Made by a program: the position numbers and the translations under genes
Notes under the pieces: generated by a model
The model's input: only the letters and a program-made list of their open reading frames with translations
The model's database searches: none
What the model was told of the DNA's origin: nothing
NCBI RefSeq assembly: GCF_964213995.1
Contig: NC_135803.1
Coordinates: 54,374,001 to 54,438,000, forward strand
Length of the DNA: 64,000 nucleotides
Origin: Mustelus asterias
Lineage: Eukaryota
Reading direction: 5' to 3'
In this document: positions 23,880 to 37,923 of the stretch, piece by piece
Position numbering within the stretch: position 1 is the stretch's first letter
How the letters are laid out: every line of letters begins with the position of its first letter

Positions 23880-25560
23880 AGTATCGATCCAAACTGAAAT
23901 TGAATGCTACATAATTTGATTCAGCTCCAAAACCGCATCTGTACTGCACGTGCATATTTCCGGCCACTCTGAACACATTTTGGGTAAGTCGGTAGCATGG
24001 GTGCAGGGCGCATGCATAAAGGCCGAAGATGCAGACTGTGGTCAGCTTAGAAAGCTGTTTTGACTCTAGCAGCGCCATTTTTGACCCAAATACTCCAACT
24101 ATCTTAACCTTGCACAGCTGAAAACACATTTAGCAGCAGGAATGGCCCGCAATTGAGCTACTTTAAGGGATTGTCAATTACTTTCAGGTTAGTTGCTGAC
24201 TGATTTCTGCTGGCTGTTGCTAAGTTAATAGAAGTGTTCAGAGTCTTGTACTGGACATTGAAATTGCTGACTTATCCAGGGAATAGTTTGACACGTGTGA
24301 AGGAATTGGTTCTGACTTCCAGGGTTCTTCTCAGACCACTTGTTCCGGCCATGGGTGACATAGTTTGCATCCCCTTTGGCCTACAGCATGACAGAGAAAA
24401 GGAGCAGAGGAAACACTGAAACTCAAACACTAAGTTGCTTAAAGACTTTGGGGGAAGCAGTCGACACTTGTTTGGTATTAAGCTGAGCTTGCCTGGCCTC
24501 AGCCTTAGCTTCCACTGTAGCATTCAGACATTGGGTAGCTGCTACTTCTATTGCAATGGCAGCTGTGACATCCGGCATCAAATGCTACATCATGGTTGGG
24601 TCCACATCTGTCAGCCTTTTTCTGTAATTGCCCCTTCAAAGTCCTCATCTGAGTTCTCCGCACCAGAACTCAGAGATTAGTTTTCCTTGAGGTTGCTACT
24701 ACCTGCTGCACCCAGGAAAACCAGGAAAAACCATGATCTCACTGGTGGTCACTGCTGACACCTCTGACACTGATTGCTACAGTAGCCCATAGCCCTCATA
24801 TCTCGCCTTTCATGATTTATGTGAGGACCATTACCACATCAGCAGCAACCAATCTTCAATTGTGCTTTGCTGGCACAAAGTAAATCTAAAGGGCATCTAA
24901 GGCTTCACTATTCAGGCTTAAGGATTGATCTCTGTACCAAAAATGGACTTGCTGGAATTTCTAGGGCTGCATGTATAGTGTTCAGCAACATTAAATAACA
25001 CCGAAAGGTTGGTGTGCCTCTGATTGTTCAACATTTATCTTTTAGCTCAGCCAAGCTTGAATCGACAGAAGAATGACAAAGCACCCCCGAATCCGAATCA
25101 CATGTAAAGTCCCAGGCAAAATCCCAAATTATCAGGACAAGGCAGTTGCCAAGAGCTACGAGAAAAACTGAACCAAGTGGTAATGCTTCAAGAGGAGAGG
25201 TCAAAGGCCCAACATTAATAAAGAGAAGGGCTGATTCACCTTCAGAAGTAGCCTTGGAGCCATTATTGAGATTAATTGATCAGTTTCAGAATCAATGAAG
25301 TGTTGAAGGATGTTCAAAAATGTTCAAACTTGTAACATCTCTCAGCTCATAAAAGTTTTCTGCAGCTACCGAGGGTACACCAAACTGAATTTTCAGAATA
25401 CCCTGGTAATTTTTACAGACATGCTCCCTTGATGCGTTGGGGGTGCTGGGGAACATTGATGGATTCACCCATCCAAAGGAAGAGGAAAGAATGCTAATCG
25501 CGGGGTGGAATCACAGGAAAACTGCCATGTTTTCTGGTCCTCTGTGGGTAATTCTTCCAG
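23880..25560. mobile_element. Internally deleted Harbinger-derived element
   Basis: MGDIVCIPFGLQHDREKEQR (24351-24410) parallels the minus-strand transposase start at about 47170-47240; remainder degenerate. Confidence 0.5.
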
Positions 25561-27439
25561 CTCTAATCAGGGCATATGGTTCATAACATCGTTAATATCA
25601 CTCTACTGCATAATTTTGTGTGGAATTTACATATTGAAAATTTACTGTCATTCCTTAGTTTCATTTTTCTCAAACTCTTTGGTTCTCAGTATCTTCTCTC
25701 CACACTGCTTGGAGATCCACTGAACTCAGTTTCCAATGATGCCTCCATCATTTGAAAAAAATGCTGATATTATTGAAGAGGAAGGATAACATTGAATACT
25801 TTCCTCAAAAATCTGAGCAACATTTTTAAACGGGCAGGAACCATAGCAGTGCTTAACGTTGATATCAGTACATATGCTGATTCTTTCTTCTTCATTTGCC
25901 CCAATATATCTGCTAAATCCGGCCATTTCCAGAAATTAAGGACTCCACATTTAAAAGTCCTGGATGCTGAATTTGGTGACTTTTAGAAAGGCATATTTTA
26001 TCAAGTATAAAGTTTTATCAAACTAAACTGAAATTTAGGCAAACTTTTGTTTTCATTTCAGTATAAATACAAATATGCAACTTGAAATACCTCCATTAAA
26101 TTTCCCCTCATTGTTTCTTGTTAATAGCCCATTTCCTTCCACTGTGAGCAAGACAGACTTTTCTGCCTTCCAGGAAGTATATCCATTTATTTGTACATTT
26201 AAATATGCTGTCGCACATGTCACGGTCTACCTCCATCATCCCATCCCCCTTCCCACAATTATTTCAATCCACTGTGAGTGCAGTCCATAAACATGGGCAG
26301 CAATTTCGACACAGGAAGTAAATTACTGAAATGTTTTGAAATTAACAACCCTCTGCTCAGTCTACGGGATAGCTGATGTCATTGGTTTTGTATGACTGAG
26401 ATTGCCACATCTAATCAACAAACAACCTCAAGGAAACATCCCCAAACACATTGGGTCTTTTGACAGAGGACCATACATTCAAAGGAAATGTAAATGCACG
26501 ACCAAAGTTCACATCCTGTGTCACCCTTATAAATAAAGCAATAAATCCAATTAAAAGCACCTGGGTTGATTGGCCACTCATAATTCAGATAGCTAATTAA
26601 TTGTAATAGTGCCCTATTTGGATCTATTGTTCAATAATCTAATTACACTAATTTTCTGTAAGTGCAACGAGTTGGATGATCTAACAGATCGCTCAACAGA
26701 CTAAGGAAATGTAACATAACATTGAAATGTAACTGTATAAAAGCTCAGAACTTGGAGAGAGATTTTTTGATTGGATTTAAATATCAAAACATATCTTGAA
26801 ATTCTTTACATTGTAGAATTTTTTTTTTTTTGCTTAATTGCCAAATGACAGTCACAACAAAATCTATAAAGCTTAATGAACTAATTGTTTCCCTCCAGTG
26901 ATAAACTATATATTCAATACCTATCTAAAGAACTATTTTAGTATGGCATCAACATTCCAGATTCTTCAATTTCTTCTTTTTAAGTTGCAGCTTTATCATG
27001 TTGTGTATGAATTAACCATATTCCTTTTTTGTTAGTTATTGAAAATACATTATTCTCTGCTCTGACTCCAAGAAATAAATGTCACTATATATGTATGCAT
27101 GAGCAAACAATGTAGGCGTAGGAGGGTATCTGAAACATCTATGACCAAGACTTGGTACTGTTTTATTCCCGTTATTCAGATAAATCAGTATGTTTTTCCT
27201 GAAATGAGGACATCACTCACAAGAGTTTGATTTGGTCAATACTTTCCAGATATATTTTTTCCAAAAAAAGAACATGACATAACAGTTCAAATTTGACAGT
27301 ACGTCAAGTGCATACAGCTCAATTTCTTTCCTTACAGTACGTGGTACTCTGTTAGTGTAGTGAGGCACCTCAGTTACAGGTATATTACAATATGCATTTC
27401 CTGTTAGCAATGCACATCGGTTTTGCACAGGTTCCAGCT

Positions 27440-28570
27440 CCTTGATTTACGATGGCAGGAGGGCCTTAGAAGGTGGCTTTTTCCCATTGAGCCTTAGCAG
27501 CAGTTGGCACAAGCTTTAGTGAGTCCTTCAGCAGGTTGTCCTTAATCTTGGAATGTGCCAGTCTGCAATACTATGTCATCAGCAGCCCTTTGCGCTGGAA
27601 GACCAGCAAGTTTCAGGCAGACTAAAGAGTTTTATTTACAAAGTTAATAATCCACCACTCACAGTTGTGTCCTTGAGAACAACCCAAAAGTCACATTGTC
27701 TTGCATTTTGGAGCTATTCACAATAAACTTTGACAAAAACCACTCCATCTCTTCCCAGACCTTCTTTGCAAAGGTACTTCCCAGAATGAGATGGGTGACG
27801 GTCTCCTCCTTACCGCAGCCAACATGAAGACAGCATATGCTGGTGCTGAGCTCCAGGTGTACATGAAGGATTTACACCAGCCAAGCCACATACCAGTGCT
27901 TTCTGCAAGTACTGATGATAATGTATTCTGTCAAATGACAATTCTAATCCAGGAACCATCTGATAGGATCCACCATCTAGGCTCCACCATCTGCTTAGGT
28001 GCACAAATCTTTTCACAAGGGATAGGGATGGTGGTGACAGGAAAGGAGGGCACCGAGGGTGTGGCCAATATCACACAAGCTCAATGAAGACTGACAACTG
28101 CTGTGAAGATGCCTAAGGAAGTTGCAGAATTGTTGAAGAGATATGAATATATCTATAATGACACAACAAACAACCAACAGCAATAGCCATGAATCATCAA
28201 ACCTCAAACACTGACTGGTTCAGGCCTTTTATCCAGCCTTGGATCAAGAGTGGTGAAATTTGTGAACACTGCTGGCCGACTTGCCTGTTTGCCAAGCATG
28301 AAAGTGCACAGACTATGCAAAATTCAGGACAATTACATGTATAATGTGTTTAATTGCCCATTTAATTGTCAGCGGGCAGGCTTCCAGCTTCCATGCACGC
28401 CCACCGACTATAATTTTGTGCCAGAGCATGAAGACACCAAGACGTCCATACGTCCAATGTCTTCTCACACAGTTTTGGATTAGGCATGTGCCCACTCAGG
28501 CTGCATACAATTCTATCCATTATTTTTCTGCAATGCTTGACTATCTCATTTTTATGAGCAGAACATCATA
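27440..28570 (-). mobile_element. Tx1/L1-group LINE ORF2 C-terminal fragment
   Basis: Minus-strand translation near 27725-27810, GKEETVTHLILGSTFAKKVWEEMEWFLSKFI, resembles the zf-RVT region (ETxxHL...FAxxVW). Confidence 0.65.
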
Positions 28571-28613
28571 CCACATATTCCTATACCATACATTTTTAGT
28601 TTACTTATATGTG

Positions 28614-29604
28614 TGTTATGACTGGTTCCCAGGCAACATCCCCCAATTTATTATGCTTTCGGGTGAACTGACTTTAATCAACCCCTTCAGTTGGTCACAG
28701 CAAAGTTAATTTAAAAAGGATCCCGTCCCTTGAGGATACATTTTCTCAGTTCAAAATTGTATTTATGTTTTGAAAGCAGCCAATTTAACCAGGCTTGAGT
28801 TAAAGGAAGTTTATTAGTATTAAACGCGAGAAGAAAAAAAGAAAAATGTTGATATACATACACAGAGAGTAGAAATGAGAAATAGGTCCAAAAGCGAAAG
28901 TTAAAAAAGATATACTAATCAGTCTTTGGTTTGTCTGTGAAGAGTAGATAGTGAAACGTTGTAGCCGTTAAGTTGTTGTTTGGCAGTTGAACCGTTGGTT
29001 TAGAGATTCTTCGATCTGGGAGTTAGCTGAAAGGAATCACACTGTTTCCTTTTTGACTTACTTCCAGTAATCAGAGAGTTTTTTTTACCTGAAAGTATAG
29101 GGTCGCTTAGTGGACGTCCTCAGTTGTGCCCTTCACAGCAAACATTAGCACAGTAGAACTAGAACACCAGACTAGCACATACAGGCCAAGTTGCTGTTGG
29201 GTTATAACTCCTTTCCTTGTGTATTCTTGGAAGAGAAAAAACAAACCCGTCCTTCACCCAGGAATTGCTTTCTTTCAACTCACAGCATGTCCACAGTCTG
29301 GGATATAACTCACAGGGGAAGATTCTGCTAAAGTGGTAATCAGCCTCAATTAACTCCACAGGAGATTACAGTTTGGTTTTGCCGTAGCGTCCCTTCCTGA
29401 GGTGTCCCTGTCTGAAAAAGTTGTGACATGCCATTCTCTCTGGACAAGTTGGTTAAGTGCAATTCACATAGAAATTCCAGCAAATGGTTATGTTACAGTC
29501 TCAGCCAGTTTCTGCTTGTATGTCTTTAAAAAAGAAACACCAGTCTTATTTAAAATTTCAATATGTCCATAAGTAACTTGGGGCTATGATCCGTTGTCAT
29601 GACA
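28614..29604 (-). mobile_element. Solo LTR (991 bp), probably Gypsy-type
   Basis: Ends TGTTATGAC...GTCATGACA (8/9 inverted match); perfect 4-bp TSD TGTG at 28610-28613 and 29605-29608; minus-strand AATAAA at about 28810. Confidence 0.8.
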
Positions 29605-30971
29605 TGTGAATTATATGAATTTAGAAGTTGCAGTAAATAGCAAACAAGATCTGTTAATTAGGTTTTCAGTACAGGTTGTAAACTACATTAAAATTCATTC
29701 TGGAAAATATATTTTTAACGCATTTCACATGAATATCAATAAGCAAAACATATTTCAGCCATTTGCCGCACGTTTTGTGATCACGACCACATTCCAAAAG
29801 TCGACTTTAAGTTGTAATTTTAATATAGAATCATATAACTTTATATTTTTCCATAGCACACGCTCAATCAATTTTCAAAGTTCAACATTTGAACAACCAC
29901 TCAATCAGCAAAATTTCTTCCTGCTGTCAATTCCACTTTATAGGACATGTATTGTAACAACAAGGAAATTAGCAGTGAATGGTGCAGCACAGTCCTTGGA
30001 CTCTTAATCAGATTTTAGGACACTATGTACGTTTCCTGATGTCTGGCCTGCCAACATCAGCTAACACATAAAATAAATATTTATTGTAGAAAGGGAAACA
30101 TTTATTTCCTTTTCATGGCACAGAACAATAATTCTACTTTATACAATTAATTGCACAACCAGTTCTCAGACCAGGAGTAATTATCACACTTCCCTGCATT
30201 CTTCATAGGCATTGTCGTAGACTGACAGTGTCCATTAGGCTTCACCAGATTTTTCTCACAGTGTCAAGGAAATTTATGCGGAAAAGAATAAACAAAATAA
30301 TTATTACAGGATATTATTCTGATATTATGGACAGTGCTACCTCTTAAACAATAACCATATTTCAGTGGAACATTTCCTCTTTGTAGTTTTCACTGAATGA
30401 CTCCATACTTACAGACAAAACAGTCTTTTACCATTACTTGAGTGCTAATAATATCTTACAAATGAAAAGCCTGCACTTCCAACGACTAAAGGTTGCAAAT
30501 AAATGTCTTCACATATCACACTAATTTAAAGGGGGATTTTTTTTAACAGAAGCAAATGAAAGCACAGCACCAATATTCAAATTTGGATTACTACAGCTAC
30601 TACAGAAAGTTTTCAATTAGATTGAATGTGTAGTTTAATAATTTTGCAGCAAAATTAATCAGTGTTTCACATGATTATAATGCATGCAACTATGGACTGT
30701 GACAAGAATCTGCTGCACTTTCTTCAGCATCTGCTTCTTTCATATTCATGGTATATCTACAGACTGCTTTAAAAAAAAGTGAAATTTCTATTCCGTCTTG
30801 GAAGTAAACTTTGCGAACCTCAAACTTTCACATTCCAACAAAAAAGGGAAGTAGCTTGAGAGAGTTGACTATGGACAAATTGGAAAATAAATGTAAGATG
30901 AAACAAAAAATGATCCATTCCAAGCTTCAAATGGTAATTGTTTTCACATTTATCTTTGCAGTGAAGATTTA

Positions 30972-31236
30972 TCATAGAAATCATAGAAACCCTACAGTAC
31001 AGAAAGAGGTCATTCGGCCCATCGAATCTGCATCGACCACAATCCCACCCAGGCCCTACCCCCATATCCCTACATATTTCCCACTAATTCCTCTAACCTA
31101 CACATCTCAGGACACTAAGGGCAATTTTTAGCATAGCTAATCAACCTAACCCGCACATCTTTGGACGGTGGGAGGAAACCAGAGCACCCGGAGGAAACCC
31201 ACGCAGACACGAGGAGAATGTGCAAACTCCACACAG
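30972..31236 (-). mobile_element. 5'-truncated HE1 SINE
   Basis: TCATAGAAATCATAGAAACCCTACAG tail and V-domain; tRNA head absent. Confidence 0.92.
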
Positions 31237-31819
31237 ATTTATATTTTTAAAAATCATCATCATCAAGGTAAGGATAATTATTGTACTAGATTTAGGCACC
31301 TGGGGTTGGACTTGGGCTATCAAATCCACAGTTAACCAAAACCTTTTCCGCTTCGAATCCAGAAAAATAATTATCTTCAAAGAACCTCATTATTCCTACT
31401 CATCACCCCCACCCCCTAGAAAAGTCCATAATTGACACATTGATGCTAAGATCTCTTGTCTTCAAAGATAAAATTTAGAACCCAGCAACCCTCTACCTCA
31501 CTCTTTGGTGCTAAAAGAATATTTGTATTCATGAAGGCTTGCAAATTGGGGTGGATTCCATCAATGTCAAGTTTCTGCAGCTTTAATACTGAGTTACCAT
31601 TTCTTGTCTGGATATTTCTTGTCTAGTATCATACGTGCCGATGAGCTGTGAACTTATTGTAGCAGATGTAAATTACCTGGAATTGCATAAGGGTGCCCAG
31701 AATTGGTGACTAATGCCTTCATTCACAAATTTAAAAAGGAGCATCTGTTGGCATCTGACACTGGCATAAGTGCTTTACTTCGGAGCCCACAGCCTAAAAA
31801 TATTTATTGATTGCAAAGT

Positions 31820-32625
31820 AAGCAAAGAGAATAAGCACAGATATATAGACAAGTTACATGCATGGGCAACAAGAGGGCGAGTGGAGTGTAGTATAGGGAA
31901 TTGTAAAGCTACTTACTTTGGTTGTAAGAATAGAAAAGCAGAATATTTTTTAAAATATGTGAAACTTCTAAGTGTTGATGTTCAGAGAGCCTTGGGTGTA
32001 TTTGTACAGGAAATGCAGTTGCAGCAAGCATTTAGGAAGCTATATGGCATGTTGGCCTTATTGCAAAGGGATTGGACATGAATAAAGAATTCTTGCTACA
32101 ATTGCAATTGGCTTTGGTGAGCCACAGCTGGACTGGTCTCCACATTTGAGAAAGGGTATGCTTGCATTGGAAGCAATACAGCAAAGGTTCACTAAATTGA
32201 TCCCTAGGATTAGGGTGGTTGCCCAATGATATGAGGCTGAGTAAATTGGGCTTATATTCTCTGGAATTTAAAAGAATGAGGAGCAATCTCATTGAGGGAA
32301 GAGGCTAAGAGTTTCTTTTCACTAGTCAGGGAATTTAAAACACAAAGTACAGCCTCAGGCTATGGGGTCAATCATTTTGGACTAAGAAGAAATTACTTCA
32401 CTCAAATGGTGGTGTATATTTGGACAGAGGGTTGTGGTTGCTCCATTGTTGAAGAAATTTAATGCTGGGATAGACAGATTTTTGATCTCTCAGGAAATCA
32501 AATGATGTGGGGAGTAAGTAAGAAAGGGGGTTGAAGCCCAAGATGAACCATAATCATAGTTAATGGCAGAGCAAGATTGCGAGGCCTTATCATCTACTCC
32601 TGCTCCTCCTCCTTTGATTCTCCTT
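31820..32625 (+). mobile_element. CR1 LINE 3' fragment
   Basis: IDKLHAWATRGRVECSIGNCKATYFGCKNRK...VQRALGVFV; tail CTACTCCTGCTCCT. Confidence 0.8.
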
Positions 32626-32808
32626 GTATTTATGAAATTATAAGAACACTTTTAGATCAAAATATTTGCTGCACAATGAATTTGGCTTCAGCCAGCCTGG
32701 GAACTTGTAACACCACTTGAAATTCTTTCAGCCTTCACAAAGTAAGAAGTTACGAGTCAAAGTTGGAGGATTCCTGATCAGCATCCCATTGTGTGCTATC
32801 TGAATGGA

Positions 32809-34365
32809 CTTTGAAGTCGTCCTCAACCGACCGTCATCTATTAACGATGAGGCGATAGACAGGATTTCCCAGGTCGATATCAACAGCGCCATGGATGACC
32901 CACCGGTAGTAGCCGAAGTCACGAAAGCTTTTAGCCAGCTATCTAGTGGCAAAGCCCCAGGGGCAGATGCCATACCCACAGAGATCTACAAAGCTGCTGG
33001 TCCTGTACTTATCGAGAAGCTCACCGAGTTGTTCCAGTCCTTTTGGAAGCAAGGATCCATTCCTCAGGAACTTAAAGATGCTTCCATCGTACACCTCAAC
33101 AAGAGGAAGGGCAATCGGCAAGTATGTGACAACCATCGAGGAATCTCGTTGCTCTCCATCACAGGAAAAACCCTCGCAAGAGTCCTGCTAAATCGTCTGG
33201 TCACTCATCTGGAGCTGAGCCTGCTTCCAGAGTCACAGTGTGGCTTCCTCAAAGGTCGCGGGACTATTGACATGATTTTTGCCGCACGCCAACTTCAGAA
33301 GTGTCAGGAGCAGAATCGCGAGCTCTACATAAACTTTGTTGACCTCGCGAAAGCCTTCGACACTGTCAGCTGACAAGGCCTATGGAGGATCATGTCAAAG
33401 TTCGGCTGCCCCCCCAAATTCATTCAGATGGTACGCCAGTTCCATGATGGCCAGAGTACTGGATGGCGGAGAAACCTCTGAGGCATTCCCAGTCACCAAT
33501 GGTGTCAAACAGGGCTGTGTGCTCGTACCCACACTGTTCAGCATGATGTTTACTGCCATGCTGAATGATGCCTTCCAGGACAGTGTTGCTGGAATCAGCC
33601 TTAAGTACAGAGTGGATGGGAAGCTCTTCAACCTGAGGAGACTTCAAGCTATTACCAAAGTGAAGGAGACTGTTCTGAGAGACTTCCTCTTTGCCGATGA
33701 CTGCGCCCAGTGTACTGGCTCAGAGCCAGAGATGCAAGTCGGTATGGACAAATTTTCCATGGCTTGTGACAGCTTTGGACTCACCATCAACATTAAAAAG
33801 ACCGAAGTCATGCACCAGCCTGCTCCTCATGCACCATACACAGAACCCATAATCACAATCAAAGGGCAGAAACTACAGGCAGTGGACCAGTTCACTTATC
33901 TTGGCAGCACCCTCTCCCGAGCAGTGACTATTGATACAGAAGTTAACTGCAGAATAGCAAAGGCAAGTTCTGCTTTCAGTAGACTGCGTTCCACTGTATG
34001 GGAACGTCGAGGAATCAGCCCAGCAACAAAACTGAAGGTCTACAGCGCCGTGGTACTCACGACCCTCCTGTATGCCTGTGAAACGTGGACTGTGTATCGA
34101 AGGCATGCAAGACAGCTCAATCATTTCCACATGACTTGTCTTCGCAGAATATTACACATCAGATGGCAAGACAAAGTACCAGGCACTGAAATTCTCTCTA
34201 GCGCAAGCCTACCATCAGTCCACACACTGCTGATGAGAGCACAGACCCGGTGGGCAGGTCATGTCATCCGTATGCCGGACGAGCGCATACCCAAGCAGCT
34301 CCTTTTTGGGGAACTCTCTGCTAGAAGACGCTCGCATGGAGGACAGAAGAAATGTTACAAAGACG
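32809..34365 (+). mobile_element. RTE-clade LINE reverse transcriptase segment, weakly diverged
   Basis: GKAPGADAIP, KRKGNRQVCDNHRGISLLS, LPESQCGF, FVDLAKAFDTVS, GVKQGCVLVPTLF, catalytic FADD, LLYACETW, RWAGHVIRMPDERIPKQLLFGEL; one stop (33371) and a frameshift. Confidence 0.95.
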
Positions 34366-35367
34366 CATTCTACAGTTATGGTTGTAAAGGGGGCGGCCCT
34401 AAAATAATTAATGAAGTAATTTGTCTCACTTTGTCACCACCGTCCACTGCTCCATCACCCCATCTCCAGTTCAAATACAAATCATTTCAATCAAAACACA
34501 ACATGAAACCAGATCAGAACTTCTCTGTCTCAACTCGACCCTGCATTTCCTCACCTGTTCCATAATTGAGTGTGAAATAACTGCATTTACTTTCATTGAA
34601 ACAAATATCAACAGTAACCATCCCGTAGATCCTGGCTGTCTAAATGTGCCCTCCTTTTTCCTATTCTAGCACTTCTCCATGCAACCTGAGGGACACTATT
34701 ATGGGAGATGATTGACTGTTCGTGATACAAAAGGTTCCTGGGAATGTGGCAATTGAACCTGTGAAAAACCCACCATGGCCTGCATCTCTGGAACTCTGGT
34801 CTGGGTGGACTGGACTTGTCTCATATGTGTCCAAGGGTGTTCAAAGAGGACAGGTGAGATGCCTGACATGTCCTGCAGTTCTGGGAAACAAAAGCAGAAA
34901 GCAGGTGGAATGTACATAGCGCCATTCTATTAGGCTCTGGATCTGTTTGTCCATTAAACAATGAGATGCATGGTCTAATAGCTGCCATAAGGTTATGAAA
35001 AATTGCGAGACAGCAGCTGTTATCCCAGAAATAAATGTTGGAAAGCCAAAATGCAGGATTCTTTCTAACCTGCTTCCTTTCTCTTCTGCTTCCAGTTTGT
35101 CTTTCCATGAAAGAGTAGGTACTGACTGATCCAGACCAATAGCGATCAAGGAATGTTGTAGATTCTAATGAAGGCCATACACTCCATTAATGCCTGTAAG
35201 GCCTTCCTTGATGCCGCTTAAAATGAGGGATGAGCTCTCCTGTGCCAACCCTATTAGTTATTAATTCTCAACAATGATCTCAGTGCCAGGGGACAGAAAC
35301 TTGTTCCAGTGATCTCTGTGTGACTTAAAGTTTATCAGTCCAGTCATCATTATTATCCTCATCATTT

Positions 35368-35720
35368 GGGGAGGCAGTGGCAGAGTGGTTTTGTTGGTGG
35401 GCTAGTAATCCAGAGACCCAGGTTAATGCTCTGGGGACCTGGGTTCAAGTCCCGCCATGGCAGATGGTGATATTTGAATTTAATAAAAATCTGGAATTAA
35501 AAGTCTAATGATAATCCTGGAACCATTGTCGATTATTGTAAAAACCCATCTGGTTCACTCATGTCCTTTAGGGAAGGAAATCTGTTGCTCTTACCTGGTC
35601 TGGCCTACATATGACTCCAGATCCACAGCAATGTGGTTGACTCTGAAATGCCCTCAGGGATGGGCAATACATCCTGACCCAGCCAGCAATGCCCACATCC
35701 CATGAACAAATAAAACAAAA
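35368..35720 (+). mobile_element. Full-length Deu-domain SINE (SacSINE1-like)
   Basis: tRNA head with GGGTTCAAGTCCC; Deu domain CTGGTTCACTCATGTCCTTTAGGGAAGGAAATCTG; tail GCCCACATCCCATGAACAAATAAAA. Confidence 0.88.
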
Positions 35721-36245
35721 TAGTCTACAAGCTTTCTTCCCTGCCTGGCATCAGACAAATGATACAACATATGTGGTGGTAGAATACTGTTAAAATTTGT
35801 CGAAGTGTTCTTAAGTTCTGTATGTAAATAATTATTGTAAAGCTAAGTACCAACATAATCAATGAATGCAATCAATGAATTGTTGAATCTATAATGCAAT
35901 GAGAAAGAAGATGTACACAGGATGGCACAGGTTTTCTGGTGCCCAAGAAAGAGAGGGAAAACTGATTGGTCTATGTATTTTGGCTTCATTAAAATTAATC
36001 TTGCAGTGGCACGAGGTGGTGGTCATGGGGTAGGGGTGGTGATGCTAATAATAGCTTTGACAATTTTCTACAGTTTCCTTTACAATTCATTGAGGTCCTC
36101 TGCTGTTATTTCCTGTCCCATTTTATTGACATGGAGCATCTGGATCACTCCAAAAAATAAACTAACCCTAAGGAGCAGAAACTGCTTCCCAGAGATTCTT
36201 AAAGTATAGCATCTATGTGCTTCTCTATCCTTTGAATGATTAATT

Positions 36246-36530
36246 GGGGCGGCACGGTAGCATGGTGGTTAGCACTGCTGCTTCACAGCACCAGTGATCC
36301 GAGTTTGATTCCCGGCTTGCGTCACAGTATGTGTGAAGTTTGCATGTTCTCCCCGTGTCTGCATGGGTTTCCTCCGGGTGCTCCAGTTTCCTCCCACAGT
36401 CTGAAAGATGTGTTGGTTAGGTGGATTGACCCGAACAGGCGCCGGAGTGTGGCGACTAGGGGAATTTCACAGTAACTACATTGCCATGTTAATGTAAGCT
36501 TTACTTGTGATGAATAAATAAACTTCAAAC
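36246..36530 (+). mobile_element. HE1-type V-SINE, tail B
   Basis: GGGGCGGCACGGTAGCATGGTGGTTAGCAC head; tail AACAGGCGCCGGAGTGTGGCGACTAGGGG...AATAAATAAAC. Confidence 0.92.
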
Positions 36531-37923
36531 TTAATATATCTCAACCAAACAGAGCATTCCTCTGCGTAAATACTCCTCACATTCAATGATTGTGTCATGA
36601 CAAATTATAAGATTGAAGCTGAAAATTGAATGCCAGTTAATGGCAAATTAAAAACAGTTATATGCTATAAATGTGAAAGTCCTGAAGAAAGTTTGCACTT
36701 AGTTGCCACAATCCGATAGGCAAATAATACTTAACACAGTATCTACCCAGCTGTGGAATATTGTAGCCCTGGTATGGCAAGTTACAGTGAAAATCTAACA
36801 CCTGTTACTGGACCCAACATACACCAAAGTCATTAAGATCACTTCACCAGATAAAAATGTGTTAGTCCAGTCCGTATTTGACATCAGTAATATGCGGTCA
36901 AGCATTCAGCAAAGCACCACTTCAAAAGAAGCAAGTGTTTAAATTACAATTCCCTGGTTATATTACAAACACAAAAGGTTCCAAGAACTCCCCTCCAGAT
37001 GGTAACATTGTTTGGAATTATATCTCCTCTGTGAAGAATTAACGACAATTGCTAAAAGAAAATGGGTGCTGGAGAATGTATGAGGCCATTCAAAGCTCCA
37101 GGTTACATCTTAGAAAATTCCTTCAAGATTTTCTGCATTCTTAGTTAATAGTTGATTGGTATTATGAATATCGATTTGCCCTTGTTGAATTGTTTCCAGC
37201 TGTATCCTGTTATCATGCAGCTAAGCATATACGTATGGAACCCTTACATCAAAGCAAAGCATTCAGCCCATTAGTCTGAAGTTAATATGAATCTATGTTT
37301 TAGAGTTGAGTGTTCTAAAACATAGCACTGCCCAGAGTTAAAAATGTAAAATTTTAGCAAGAATCTGGTTGTATCTAAAGTGGCAACTTTAATATTTAAT
37401 GGTTTTAGTAATTCTCCACAAAAGATGGTCCAAAAAGTTTTATCTGTATAACTAAAAACTTCATGCAACATAACTATTGAATAATTGAATGAAAAATTGT
37501 TGCACCTCTATGTATATATTAATTTCATAAACTGTGACTGAATACTTGGAACAAAGCATAGGCCAAAATCTTTTGGATGATGGGACCTTGCTTCTTGCCA
37601 TCTGAAGAGTCCCTGCCAACTCCAACTGCCCCGAGACATTTCACGCTCGAATGAACTTTAAGTGCTAATGTAAGCCCGCTATTCAAAAAGGTAGGTAGAG
37701 AGGAAAAAGGGAACTATAGGCCAGTGAGCCTAATGTTGGTACTGGGGAAGTTGCTAGTGTCTATTATCAATTTCATAACTCGGCATTTGGAAGGCAGTGG
37801 TATAATTGGACAAAATCAGCATGGAATTACAAAAGGGAAATCATGCTTGTCGAATCTTTTGGAATTTTTTGAGGATGTAACTAGTAGAGCTGACCATGGA
37901 GAACCAGTGGATGTGGTTTATTT

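Noticed and set aside
25700-25990. Possible coding exon (overlapping 64-66 aa ORFs)
   Set aside because: No recognisable protein motif in the frames I read and no convincing splice sites.
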